This document shows, piece after piece, positions 1 to 12,244 of a stretch of DNA of 64,000 nt (position 1 is the stretch's first letter; the number at the start of each line of letters is the position of its first letter). Where the stretch lies: positions 11,842,001 through 11,906,000 of the forward strand of contig OY740814.1 in the NCBI GenBank assembly GCA_963514005.1. Direction: 5' to 3'. The stretch is from Raja brachyura. Its lineage: Eukaryota. The position numbers were made by a program, and so were the translations under genes. A model generated the notes under the pieces. It saw only the letters and a list, made by a program, of their open reading frames with translations, ran no database searches and was not told the DNA's origin.

Positions 1-56
1 CTTTTCTATACTTTGGAATCACAACATTAATGGTGAACTTTCTTGTTTAATTGCAG

Positions 57-197
57 GGCGAGCTGTGATATTCACAAATGTATTGAATGTGACACAGAAA
101 TTAAAGAATTCACCAGTCACTTTGCCACTTACACCCGTTGTCCCCTTTGTCGATTCAGAAGTAGCTGCAACAAATCTTATGTAGCCCATGTGAAGAG
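57..197 (+). CDS. ZNF280D: ZNF280D-like internal exon (C2H2-type zinc-finger region)
   Basis: ttgcag acceptor and AG|gtacg donor; translates ASCDIHKCIECDTEIKEFTSHFATYTRCPLCRFRSSCNKSYVAHVK, resembling recalled human ZNF280D [42 protein letters not shown]. Confidence 0.88.
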
Positions 198-1119
198 GTA
201 CGAAATATAGGGGTTTTTCTTTAGTAAATAATTGCATCTCAAATTGGATACTTTAGACTTGAGGGATTATGAAAATTATTTTCATGAATAAGTTATCACA
301 TTTTAAAAAAATTTTACATTACAATGTGAAGTCAGGCCTAAGACTTGCATGCTCACAAACTCCAATACTCATGTGTTGCATGCTTGCTTGTTATGTATTT
401 CATATGTGATACACATGCATTTTTAGACTTTGTGTTTAGCAGGAATAAGGAATTCAATCTGTGCCTTAAGGAATTTAGCCATTTTATACAAATCTGGGTA
501 ATCTTTAAAATGTGATCTGAAATCTGCTTACTGCAGCAAATTTTAGCATTCATTCCTAGTTGAATAAGGTTCAAAGTTAAGCATTGACACAGTTATCAAA
601 TTGACAGCCCTCTGCAGACTGAAACCATCAATCAAAATTTAACTTGTGTTATGCACTGAGATACTGTTTTCTATATGCTGTGTTGTAACTGTTCTTGTGT
701 GCATAATTTACAACATTATTTGTAGTTTTTTCATAGTACCAAGTAAATAGCTAGAGCCTAATCACTAAAAGTTATTTACTAAAATTTACTATTTACTCAT
801 AGTTGTTTGCTATCACTTACCTTGAATTCCTTTAGTGTCTCTTAAGTTTTATGTTAAAAGCAAAATCAAGAGAACAGTTTGTATCATGTTTTCAAAGCCG
901 ACTAATTCTTGCCATTTCATAGGTTACTTTTATGACAAACTAATTTTCGAATACTTTACATTAATTTCTGTCAACACTGTGTATATTTGAAAACATTAGG
1001 TTATTCTTGGGTGCTATCATGTGGAAGCATATTAAGTTTTTATGATGTCAATAATGTACAATTGAGAAACATCTAAGCAATGGATTCAATGTTTTTTAAA
1101 TGTGCATTGTGTTTTGCAG

Positions 1120-1182
1120 CTTTCACAGTGTCCCAAGTAAAAAGAAATTTTGGATGTTCAAAGATTATTCAAACAAACTGAG
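1120..1182 (+). CDS. ZNF280D: ZNF280D-like internal exon
   Basis: ttttgcag acceptor, AG|gtagg donor, phase 2-2 in frame with previous exon; SFHSVPSKKKFWMFKDYSNKL resembles human SFHSNRPSKRFCIFKKHSENL. Confidence 0.85.
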
Positions 1183-1562
1183 GTAGGAAATGCATTATAA
1201 TTCTTAGTCTAAATCTATCAATGAAAAAATGTGGACTTTAAAAGAATATAATTTTGCCACTGATTAGTGAATTTTATCTTAAAATGAATGCATAAAGTGA
1301 TCTTGACTAATGAATAATGAAAATAATAATACCTCGATTAAAAAATGCATAACAGGTTAATCATCATTTCATTAAAGGAATAATTGTGCATTGATTCCTA
1401 TTTTCCTAACTAGTAACCGTAGTTAGCCTTATTGAAATTACTCATTAACGCAGTCAGTGCATCTTCCTGCTGTATCAAGCCAATCCTATTATAAGAGACC
1501 ATAGTCTCCACCTGCCATTTGTGTACAACTGATTTTGTGTACTGTATTTCATATTGTTTCAG

Positions 1563-1684
1563 CGATATAAAACTAGTATGTTCTAGTTGTCCATTTGAAG
1601 CCAGTGTTACTGATTCAGATGATATGGCAAAACATCTTTATCAAAACAAGTTCCATGTCTGTCATATTGTTTCAAAATCCAGTG
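1563..1684 (+). CDS. ZNF280D: ZNF280D-like internal exon (CxxC...H...H finger)
   Basis: tttcag acceptor, G|gtaagt donor; DIKLVCSSCPFEASVTDSDDMAKHLYQNKFHVCHIV resembles human ITLVCLNCDFLSDVSGLDNMATHLSQHKTHTCQVV. Confidence 0.87.
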
Positions 1685-2288
1685 GTAAGTGGAAAAGCTT
1701 GATATTCTTGATGTTATGTTATCTTTACTTATTAGCATCATAGGCAAAATGATATTAATAATGATTATTATTATTAACTTGTTTTAAAAATTATATTTGT
1801 GATTGTAAATCTGTAAATGTGCATGCTGTAGGTATAGTTCCTTTTATTTGAAAGATAAATATTATTCAAAATGATCCTATTACTGGAATCATAATTCTTG
1901 TTATGGGGAGTGTCTTCAATGATAGCTGTGATTCTACTATTATTTTTCACAGCTAAAGTAAATATCACAAGTATAATCTATAGACAAATAATCAATATAT
2001 CAGATTGACAGGATAAATGAACCAATTCTTTAGTATAATTTTGGTATAAGTATAGTTTTGGTTGAAGAAGAAAGCAAAATTCGACACGGTTAGATTAAAA
2101 ATGTAAATAAGAACAGGAAAGATAAGGTATACAATAAGTTACTTAAACATCCAACAAGCCTTTACTGTGAAGATAAGGGGTTACAGTGAATCACGAACAA
2201 CCTTGTTCCAGGATTGTCCTGTTTCCAAAGCCACAAAAGATGGAGAGGAGAAATCTTTTTTAAATAATTCTGGTTCTTTTTCTTTCAG

Positions 2289-2316
2289 GTTCCAGTATTA
2301 TTGACAACATATCCCA
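2289..2316 (+). CDS. ZNF280D: ZNF280D-like 28-nt micro-exon
   Basis: Long polypyrimidine tract plus tttcag, CA|gtaagt donor, phase 1 to 2 keeps frame (GSSIIDNIS). Confidence 0.7.
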
Positions 2317-3099
2317 GTAAGTATGCTTAGAATGCTTTTTTTTCAATATATTTTGGACCTTTCAAATAATTTTGAGGACATTTATTTCTGTGAAATTTTT
2401 TCTGTGTATTTTAAACAGTTGGGATATCCCCTCAGCTGGTATTTCTTTCTCCATGTAAATAATTTGTAAGCAACTTAAATATTAACGTAAATTTGGGATG
2501 GTATTTCTTCCCTTTCAATACCGATTTGGAAAACTTACTGCTTATGATTTATCGGTATATTTTTAATTTTTTAAATCGTTTCACAACCAATTATTTGGTT
2601 ATCGTAGATAAATACATTCAATTCCCTTAATTTGAACAAGAGTAACGGCTTAGAAAAGGGAGACTCGTCGTCAAGCCTCAATAGCTGGTTGCTGGGGATA
2701 TATAAAAGGTAATATGGGTGAACTCACAATATGACTTATTATTATGAGTAATTATATTATGAGTAATTATATTTTGCATCCAGCAACCACTTGCATTTGA
2801 CAATTTGTTTTGAATATTTATCTATGACAACATTCACAGAACAGAGTCATGGAATAGGTATTAAGATGCAATATTCTCAATATTTTCACACTAAACTGAA
2901 ACAATGGGGCTTTTTTTCATGTGAAAATCTTTTACAGTTGATGTAATGTCATAAAAAATGGCATTTTATATAATATATTTTGAATATTCATCGTCGATGT
3001 AACCTAATTTGATCGTCGTTTTATAAATCATGAAAAGTGTATTAGGGTGCAAGAATAACTTAAGAAACCATGTTACTACTCGTATTCCACTTATTGAAG

Positions 3100-3675
3100 T
3101 TCTACTCTCACCTTCCCCAATTCAGCAACAGGATAGAGTTCTACTTGTCGTCACCTTCCTCTTACCAGCTTTTACCACAGACCATTCTCCACAATTTCTA
3201 ACGTTCCTAATATCATGGGAACATAGACAACGTTCCCCTCCCCTCCACTCCTCTTTCAGTATTCGAAAGGGGCAGATCACCGTGAAAATTCTGGTCCACT
3301 CTTTCTGTTTCCACCAACACCCAGTTAACTTCTTAGAATACTTTCATATGCAACCACATGATATACAACATTTGCCCTATCATTCAGGGTCTCCTACCAG
3401 GTGAAGCAAGGATTTACTTGAACATCCTCCACATATTCAGTGTTTAGAAGGCGGACTGCATGGAGGAAAGTAATCATACTTTGGGTAACTGCTTTGCAGA
3501 AACTTCTGTTCAGGCCGCAAGAGTGACTTTGAGCTTGCACTCATGTCACTTTCCCACTGACTTCTCTGCAGGATAGTGACTGTGAAAATGCTGAACATGT
3601 GCTCAAGGAACAGCACCTCATCTTCCAACCAGGCATGCTATAACCTTTAAGACTCGATACTGAATTCCACATTTA
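3100..3675 (+). mobile_element. Decayed Penelope-like element (GIY-YIG end)
   Basis: caggtgaagcaaggattt...gaacagcacctcatcttc resembles the EQHLIF C-terminus seen in the copies at 52.5 kb and 63.6 kb. Confidence 0.6.
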
Positions 3676-3852
3676 ATCTTGCCTCATCTTGTATTTTCAG
3701 CATTCAGTTATTTTCTAATATGGTATTTCCAACTCATCCTCCAGATGTACCTTTTCTCAGTTGGCAACATCAGCTCTCAATTTAACAGCTGTTACTAATG
3801 GGTTCCTATGTGGTATAAAATTGAGGAGCCTAAATCGAGTAAATTATGCAGA

Positions 3853-4118
3853 CCTGGAGACGAAGGTGACAGAACACTAGAGGAATTCAGTAGGCCAAGC
3901 AGTCCTGACGTAGTACCTTTTGCCTCTGTAGATGTTGTTTGAGCCGCTGAGTTATTTCAGCGATGTGTGTTTTGAACCAAATATGGTCAGTCTGACAAAG
4001 GGCTCCGATCCAAACCTTGCCTATCCATGCACTCCAGAGATGCCACCTGACCTGCCGAGTTACTCCAGTACTTTGTGTTTTGCTCAAGATTCCAGTGTCT
4101 GCAGTTCCTTGTTTCTCC
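3853..4118. mobile_element. Decayed Penelope-terminus-derived repeat
   Basis: ctgacaaagggctccgatccaaacc...gagttactccag...ctgcagttcctt shared with other copies in the window. Confidence 0.6.
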
Positions 4119-4167
4119 AAGCTATTGAACCAGCAGTGGATGATGGGATTACGCTGGATAGTTCATT

Positions 4168-4453
4168 TTTAGTTTAGTTTAGAGCATGGAAACGGGGTCT
4201 ACCGAGTCCACGCTGACCATCGATCACCCGTTCACATCAGTTCAATGTTACCCCACTTTCTCATTCTACACAGTAGGGACAATTTAGAACAGTCAATTAA
4301 CCTACAAAATGTAAATTATGAAATCGGAGCACCCGGCGAAAAACCACACGGTCACTAGGAGAACATATAAATTCTGCACAGACAACATCGTCAGAATCGA
4401 ACCCGGGTCCCTGGCACTGTGAGGCAGCATCTTTACTATTGCACCACTGTGCC
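4168..4453 (-). mobile_element. tRNA-derived V-SINE (HE1-like)
   Basis: Reverse A/B boxes (gcaccactgtgcc, atcgaaccc), V-domain-like core, (TTTAG)n tail. Confidence 0.8.
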
Positions 4454-5479
4454 TTTTCCACCAGCATGGATACCTTTTATGTCATACATTTTCAGAACAT
4501 TTTGTGAAATAGGTTAATATTAGAAATTTGTCATTTAGCTGTAATCGATTAATAAGCGTACGGTTATAATGAACAAGTAATCCATACCTATATCATTCCT
4601 TCTTGCTTTTTAACATATTGGAAGATTATGTTCATGATTAAGTACATTTGGGGATTCTAATTCCCTGACCTGAAAATAGCTCGAGTGTGTCATTTCTTGT
4701 GTTTTGATTTTGCTTTTCCTCATTATTTTTACTTTTATTAATGATTTGTACTGCTAATTACCTGTAGGATATAATCTACCTGATAATACAGCAACAGATG
4801 TGGGTTGAGTAATTTTTAAATTTTTTATAATACAGCTTTGCATCATAAATCAAGCAATTTTAAATTAGCTAATGGGAATGGATTACCAAATTGCACCAAA
4901 AGGACTACTGTTTGCTGTAAATGAAGTGAAATCATTAATGAAAGTTAACTTTATTATTCATCCATAGAGCTGATTTACAATAAATACCAGAGGTGGGGTT
5001 AGTTTGTACTATTTTTCTTATACTAGACATCTTACTGAGAATCCTATTTATTATCAAATTAGTGATCCAGATATTATGTTTATGCATTATTCACGTTTCT
5101 TTCTATATAAAATCAATGTATCATTATTATGCTTAATGTAGCAGGTGTGGCAGAAAAGAGCTATCATTTACACATTGAGGGTCGTGAATCACGCAATAAA
5201 TGATTAATATCTAGCATTTATACTCTACTCTTCTATAGCAGATAAAAATTGAAACATTGTCAACACATTCACTTTATATTAGAATACAATTATCTTTAAA
5301 TCTGTTTGTTATATGCAACTAAGTTGTCATTTTTAAACTTAAATTCACTTAAAAGAAATGCACTGTTTCTCTTGCATTGAAAGAATGTAAGCATTAGCTA
5401 TGCCGTGCCCACAACACAGACTTACACTGAAATATTTGCCAATAGAAAAATAAATTGTGTTGGTATCCCTAAAAACATT

Positions 5480-6535
5480 TCCGAGTCATGTACCTATCTA
5501 TAGTGCCTGCCTCTTCCATCTCTACTGGCAGCTCGTTCCACAACCTTTTCCCTTCTGAGTGAAAAGGTTGCCCACTGGTTAATTTTAAATGTTGTCCCTC
5601 TCACTTTAAATCTATGTCCTCTGCTTTTGATTCCCCTTACCTGGTGCATTCACCCTATCCCCCCCTCATGATTTTACACACCTCTATACGTCAGCCTGCT
5701 GCCCAATCTTTCCTGGTAGCTCAGCCCTTCATCCAGGTCAGATCCCCATAGGTCTTCTCTACACTCTTTCCAGCCTAATGATATCCTTCCAATAATAGGG
5801 TGACCAAAACTGAACATAGTACTCCAAATGTGGACTCACCAACATCCTGCATAACTAACATCACGGCTCAACTTTTTTTTGTTGTTGTTTTGTTTAATTT
5901 ATTAGAAGTTAATACAAAGCAATACAGTGGTACCTAATTTTAGGTGCCAACTATGTCATATCGCCTCAACTTCCTAACTCAATACCTGGACTGATGAAGG
6001 CCCATGTTCATAAAGCCTTCTTTACCACCCAATCTATTTGTGATGCCACTTTCAGCAAACTATGTCACCTGTACTCGTAGATTCCAGTACTCTACAACAC
6101 TCGCCATAACCCTAACATTCACTTTGAAGGTCCTGCCCTGGTTTGACGTCCCAAAAAAGCAACACCTCGCATGTATCTGCATTAAACGTCTTTAGCCACT
6201 CCTCAGCCGACTAGTCTAGCCAATCATGAGCCTGCTGTAATTTTTGATAGATGTCTTCATGATCTGCGTTCATATTAACCACAAACAGCAATGGTCTCAG
6301 CACCATTTCTGGGACCCTGATATACCAGGATCCTGCGGCATACCATTCGCTACAAGCCTATAGTCCAAAATAGACATGTCCGCTACATCCTCACCGGAAA
6401 CCTTTGTTTTTTGATTCCCGTATCCTAGGAAAAAGACTGTATTGACCTTTTCTATTTTCTTCATGATTTTATACACCTCTGGAAGATCACCCCTTAGCCA
6501 CCTGCACTTAAGCACTAAAGTCTCAGCCCACCAAA
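5480..6535 (-). mobile_element. CR1 LINE fragments (RT C-terminus)
   Basis: Minus-strand LRGDLPEVYKIMK motif; ggtgaccaaaactgaacatagtactcc. Confidence 0.75.
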
Positions 6536-7519
6536 CCTCTCGCAATAGTTCAATTAATTCAATGATTTTTTTAATGCAGTAATGCTTACAAATTGGATTC
6601 TGTTTAATTAAAAGGTGCTTTCTTTCAGTTATTTTCCAAGCAAACGTAGAACTTATTAGAAGCAAGAATTGAAATATATCTTTACATAATTAAGAAATAG
6701 GTAAACTATAACAGAACATTAAAACAAATACGAATTCATTTTTGTGTCATCTCTACATGACAAATAAATTGCTTTGTCAACTATGCTTATGGCCAGGGAT
6801 CTCACCAATTCGATTTCTGAACTTTTTAACACTGAGGAAAATAATCTTGGAATTACGTGAATGGATTTTGTACCACTTGTTTAATTTTAAGTTTGTACTT
6901 ATTAAGATGATAGTATCTGGCCTTGTGGAATGAACAGGTTGAAAATACGTAGGAAAACTTGCCAATTTCTGAAGCCACAATTTAACAAAATGCGAATTCA
7001 ATACATGCAAGAAGGAAGCAATATTCTTTATAATTGGAATGTGTTTCATATTCATTTTCTGACAAGAATCAGTGAGAAGTTTCGTGAGACTAAATATGTT
7101 AGAGAATAGGTGGAATCAGACCAAACCATTCTGGTGTGATGACTGTAACTAGTTATTTTGTTTTCTTTCAAAGTCTTGCGTCCATTTTGATAAATTCATA
7201 CAAAATCCCGACTGACAAAATTCCCAAATCAGCTGACCTATTGTATGTAGCAAATTTAGGAATGTACTTTCTTTCCGGTGCTGCATCTCTTAATATGTAT
7301 CTTTTCAGCAGACCTGCTCACTTGGAACTCTTAGAATTTTAAAATTAACCAGATTTGTAATTCCAAGCTCACATTTTTAATGTTAAAATGAAGAGGAAAA
7401 ATAATTGGCATTTAGATTACTGCACATACTTCATAATATAACTAGTCCATTGTTTTCTTCACTTCTTCACCCATCTCCAACAGAAAAGCATTCTGCTTCA
7501 CTGAACGATATTGTCTCTC

Positions 7520-7822
7520 CGTAGAGTCATAGATCATAGAAACAGTCCCTTCAGCCCAACCTGTACATCCTGACCAAGTTTCTTAACCGTTCCAGTTGTC
7601 CAACCCTTGTGCACCTGGCCCATACCCCTCCAAACCTTTCCTATTCATGTACTTATCTAAATGTTATCTCTTAAATGCTGTAATTATTTAACCACCTCTA
7701 CCACTTCTCTGGTTGCTCATTCCATGTATGCAGACCCTCTGTGTGAATAGGTTGCCTCTCAGATCCTTTCTAAATCTTTCCCCTCCCACCTTAAACCTAT
7801 GTCCTCTACTTTTAGACACCCA
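7520..7822 (-). mobile_element. CR1 LINE 3' end
   Basis: SKSRGHRFKVGGERFRKDLRGNLFTQRV peptide plus catag-type tail. Confidence 0.8.
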
Positions 7823-7875
7823 TGCCAAAGCTTTCTCATGTCCCATTTGTGATGAACTGATTTCTTTCTTAAGTG

Positions 7876-8826
7876 AATAAGCGAGTTTGGTATTCCGAAA
7901 AACGCAAGGAATCATGGGATTTGTCAATGGTCACTTGCGATAAACACTCTCGGCAACCATGCCGCCGCATGCACACCTACCTGCGCCTCATCCGCAACCA
8001 TATCGAGCCCGGGTCTCCGGTGCCGCAAGCGCTGCCGAATCTCCACTGGACCGTCTCCGTCCCCTGCCAAGTGCCCCATCCCTGTCCCGGGGGCAGCCGG
8101 AGACGTCCGGGGCGACACCGGACCGACGAGCGGCAGATGGGAGCGGCGGCCCAAGCCCACATCCAGTGTGGATAAGAAGCGCCAACTCCGCCGGGCCAAC
8201 CGACAGCCCTGGACCGACAGTACACTGGCCTGTCTCAGCAGTGGCCCAAGCCCACAGGCAGTGTGGATAAGAAGTGCCAACTCCATTGCTCCGGACCGGT
8301 GTCCCGTCAGTCCAGGGCTGTTGGTTAACCCTGCTGGACAAGCAGAGTTGAGCTGGAGTTAGCGCTGCTCCTCCACGCCGGCTGCAAGCCTGGGCCGCCA
8401 CTGCAACGGGCTGGCGCCCCGCCAGTCCACAGCCGCCAGTCAACCCGGTGGGACAGGCAGAGCCGAGCCAGAGCCAGCGCCTCCCCTCCGTGCTGGCCAT
8501 AAGTCTGGGCCGCCACTGTAATCGGCGGGACAGGCAGAACCGAGCTGGAGCCAGCGCCCCCCTCCACGCTGACTGAAAGCCTGTGCCGCCACTCCCGTCC
8601 GACACCCGCCAGCCCAGGGCCACCCTGGACATCCCTGTCCACCCCCAGACATGGACGGGACACTCAAGAGGGGACGGGGGCAACAACTCAACACCGCCGG
8701 AGACCCAACCCTGACCACGAACGAAATGCAGGTTTGCACCCATGCAGCAGCACAGCCGCCGAGAGTGTTTATTGCGAGTGACCCATGACCTGGGCATGCG
8801 CAGTTGGAATACCGAACTCGCTTATT
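7876..8826. mobile_element. GC/CpG-rich non-autonomous DNA transposon with TIRs (ISL2EU/PIF-like)
   Basis: TIR AATAAGCGAGTTTGGTATTCC / GGAATACCGAACTCGCTTATT; subterminal inverted repeat ggtcacttgcgataaacactctcggc / gccgagagtgtttattgcgagtgacc; internal tandem repeats. Confidence 0.8.
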
Positions 8827-9254
8827 GCTATATCTCCTATACTCAAGGGATTCACGATTCAAGCTGCCTCTATCTGACATTTGCCTCCCTTTTCTTGATC
8901 AAAGCCTCAATATCTCTTGTGTCAGCCTTGCCCTTCACTATAACGGGAACATGTCAGCCTTAAACCTCGGTATTTCATGTTTTAAAGACGCACACTTACC
9001 AGGCGTCCCTGTTAACTGCAAACACAACACCCCCATTCACATTATGAAAGTTTCTGGCTGATACCATCAAAATTGGCATTAACCCCAATAAAATACTTCA
9101 ACTTTTGGACTTGTCCTGTCCTTTTTTGTATCTTACTAACACTTCAGTCAGCTGTCCAGTCTTACTTCTCAAGAGAGGCCCTTGCTGCTCTTGTTTACGA
9201 GTTCACACAGGCATTCGCAATCATGAAATAGCTGTTCACTCAAGCTCAAGCCAG

Positions 9255-9615
9255 ATGATGTTTCCTTCTTGGAATCATATGCTGATGGGACTGTTCTTGT
9301 GCTGTAATGTTCTATGCTTGTCTGTCAATTCACAGATCCCTGAACCTATTTCCCTACTTTCCCCTCTTATCAGGTTCTACCATAGGCCAGGGTTCTGACC
9401 TCTATCCTCTACCCCATTGCGGACATTGGACTTTGTCTACAGAACTATTGCAGAAATATATTCTGCACTCTGGCTATTTTCCCCTTTGCTCTACCTATTA
9501 TACTAGGTTAAATAGATTGTATTTGCGTATGGTATTATGTGATCAGATTAGATAGCATGCCAAACAAAGCTTTTCATTGTATCTCAGACCATGTGACAAT
9601 AATAAACCTAAACTC
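9255..9615 (+). mobile_element. Rex1/L2-like LINE 3' end
   Basis: 3' signature aaagcttttcattgtatctc...catgtgacaataataaacctaaac. Confidence 0.55.
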
Positions 9616-9774
9616 CAGTGAACTGTCTTGGGATCAGTGCTGTTCATGCTCTCTCATCCAAATCTCAGAATGTACATAACTTCCTTGATGTCTTTCTTTA
9701 GCACAGGTACTTACTACATCCTTTGTAACTCAAAGACCTGTTTCTGCGATCTATATTTGGCAGAAATTCCTTTT

Positions 9775-11180
9775 TAGAGTCAAAGTTACACATCACGAAA
9801 ATGGGCCTAATTGTCCCTGTTGACTAAGTTGCCTACCTGAGCTCATCTTATTTTGTCTGCATTTGGTCACATCCCTCTGAAAACATTCCTATGCATGTAC
9901 CTGTCCAAATGCCTAAATGGTCTAATACTTTTCACCTCTAACACTTCCGCAGGTAGCTCGGTCCACTTACTCACCATCCTCTGTATGGGAAAAGTTGCCG
10001 CTCAAGTGTTCTTTAAAATCTTTCATCTCTCACATTAAATCTATACCCTCTAATGTTAGACTCCCCTACTCGGAGAAAAAATACTTTCATCATTTTCATT
10101 ATTTTACAAACCTCTCGTCATCCCCTCAGCTTTCTATGCTTCAGGAGAAAAAAGCTCCAGCCTACCCACGCTTCTCCTTGTAACTCAAGCCCTCCAATCT
10201 TAATAATACCTTTGTCAAATTTTTTTCATCATTTTTATCTTAATCATATCCTTCCTACAGCTAGACAACCGGAACTACACATAGTACTCCAACTGTGGTC
10301 TCCCCAATGTTGTGTACAGTTACAGCACGGCATCCTAACTCATGTACATATTCTCATGAAGACACGCAAGTCTTTACTACCCCTGTCTACCTGTGTTGTC
10401 ACTTTCATGGAACAATGTATTTGCATCCGTAGCTGTCTCTGTTCTACAGCACGCCATAGGGCCCTGCCGTTTACTGTGCATGTCCTGGTATAACTTGTCA
10501 AAGCGCACTACTTTGGCATTTGTTCAAGTTAAATTCCATCCACTGTTTCTTGCCCCATTTTTCTCGTTGGTATAGATCTGTCGTTATCTTCGATAACTTT
10601 CTTCACTATCTACTATACCACCAACTTTTGTGTTGTCAGTAAATTTACAAACAGTGCCAAATGCATTCTCAATTAAAAAAATGTTAATATAGATGACAGA
10701 CCACAGTGGACTCCGCATCAATCCCTGCAGCACGCTGCTGCTCAAAGGCTTCCAATCTAAAAAGCAACACTCCACTACCACCCTCATACTCTTACCACCA
10801 AGACCACTGACTCACTCAATCTGAATCCCATGTGAAATAACCTTCTGGATCAGTTTACCAGGTAGGTCCTTGTCAAAGACCTTGCTATATAGCCTACATA
10901 GACGATGCCTGCAGCTCTGCCTTCATTAATCCTCTCATTCGCCTTTGGGGAAAAAAAAATCAAGTTTGTGAGACAGATTTTCAAAGAACAAAGCCAATAT
11001 TTACTCTCCCAAATCAATCCTTGTCGTTCTACATGCAGGTAAATCCTGTCTCTCAAAATCCTCTCCAGTAGCTTTCCCACCATTGTTGTTTGCTCACCAG
11101 TCTAGGTCCCCGGCTTATCCTTGCATCACTTCTTAAATGAAAGCACATCAGCCAATCTCCAGTCTTCTCGTAACTCACCT
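9775..11180 (-). mobile_element. CR1 LINE, 5'-truncated and decayed
   Basis: RT peptides VGKLLERILRDRIYLH, WKPLSSSVLQG, KFTDNTKVGGIVDSEE. Confidence 0.85.
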
Positions 11181-12156
11181 CAAAATAAATGTGATCCAAG
11201 AAATATTTGACAGTATCGTGCAGAAAAATGTGGTTCTCGATTTTTCTGAATACAAAAATTATATTAAAGATAAATCCATTGGGTTCAATTCCAAATAAAA
11301 GTGAAAAACGTACCCGTCTGTATCCTTATTAACAGATAAGTGTAATTGCCCATGTCCAATAGCATTTGAGTTGCACCAATTGGAAAAATAAGGATCACTG
11401 AATTCTTAGGTACTTAGTTCTTTTCTTCAATGGTGCTACTTAACTGTTTGACTCAAGAGTAGCAAGTGGTCTTTGTATCTGTGGTGCCAACATGTACATG
11501 CATGCAAGAAATATTTTTAAGATACTGATTTTCCTTTTAAATGGCTGAGAAAATGTTTGGACTTGGAGGGGGAGAGAGCAATTCAATCACTGTGAGCACA
11601 GCAGGGTGACAGTACTTCCACAAATTGGTGGTGTGGTACTGGAGGATTACATTGGAACCCTCAAAGCATTGATTCATTATGGAATTTGTGCTGTATACAC
11701 ACACCTGTACTTTGAAAAGGAATTTGCTCAGGTTGTGTACTGTTGTGTTGGGAACACAATTGCAACTGGAGGGCAGTCACCTAAAGTCCTGCCCTCTGCT
11801 GGGACTCCCACAGCGATTAATTGTATGATTGGCTTAGCTATGGGGAGCTGGTCTGTGGAGGCTGAAGTTGGGTAATGCAAGATAAACTGTGTGGCTACTA
11901 ACTTTTGAGGTGTGGGGCTCAGGTTACATTCTGGCTGGCATTGTGAGCTTGAGCCACTGCAGTGATATTCCATTAGCAGTTTGACATCTGGTACGCAGCT
12001 TGTGTGCCAGCATTGTACTTATGTATATTACCCAGTTCAGACACTGGCATGCTATACTTTGAGAGTTCCTGCCTGATGACCCAAATCCAGATTTATCAGT
12101 CCAAGATACAAAAGTATATGTACATGTACAGACTATGCCAGACTTTTGAAATAATT

Positions 12157-12244
12157 TGAAGGGTTTCGGCCTGAAACGTTGCCTATTTCCTTTGCTCCTT
12201 GGATGCTGCTGCACCCGCTGAGTTTCTCCAGCCTTTTGTGTACC
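12157..12244 (+). mobile_element. Short Penelope-terminus (hammerhead-derived) insertion
   Basis: 14-bp TSD CTTTTGAAATAATT (12143-12156 and 12245-12258); gaagggtttcggcctgaaacgttg is a partial ribozyme core. Confidence 0.85.

Noticed and set aside
2480-3085. Locally CpG-enriched AT-rich block, possible DNA transposon remnant
   Set aside because: No convincing pair of terminal inverted repeats could be defined.
7873-8880. Several overlapping long ORFs (up to 269 aa) on both strands
   Set aside because: A by-product of high GC and tandem repeats inside a TIR element; no recognisable domain or splice structure.
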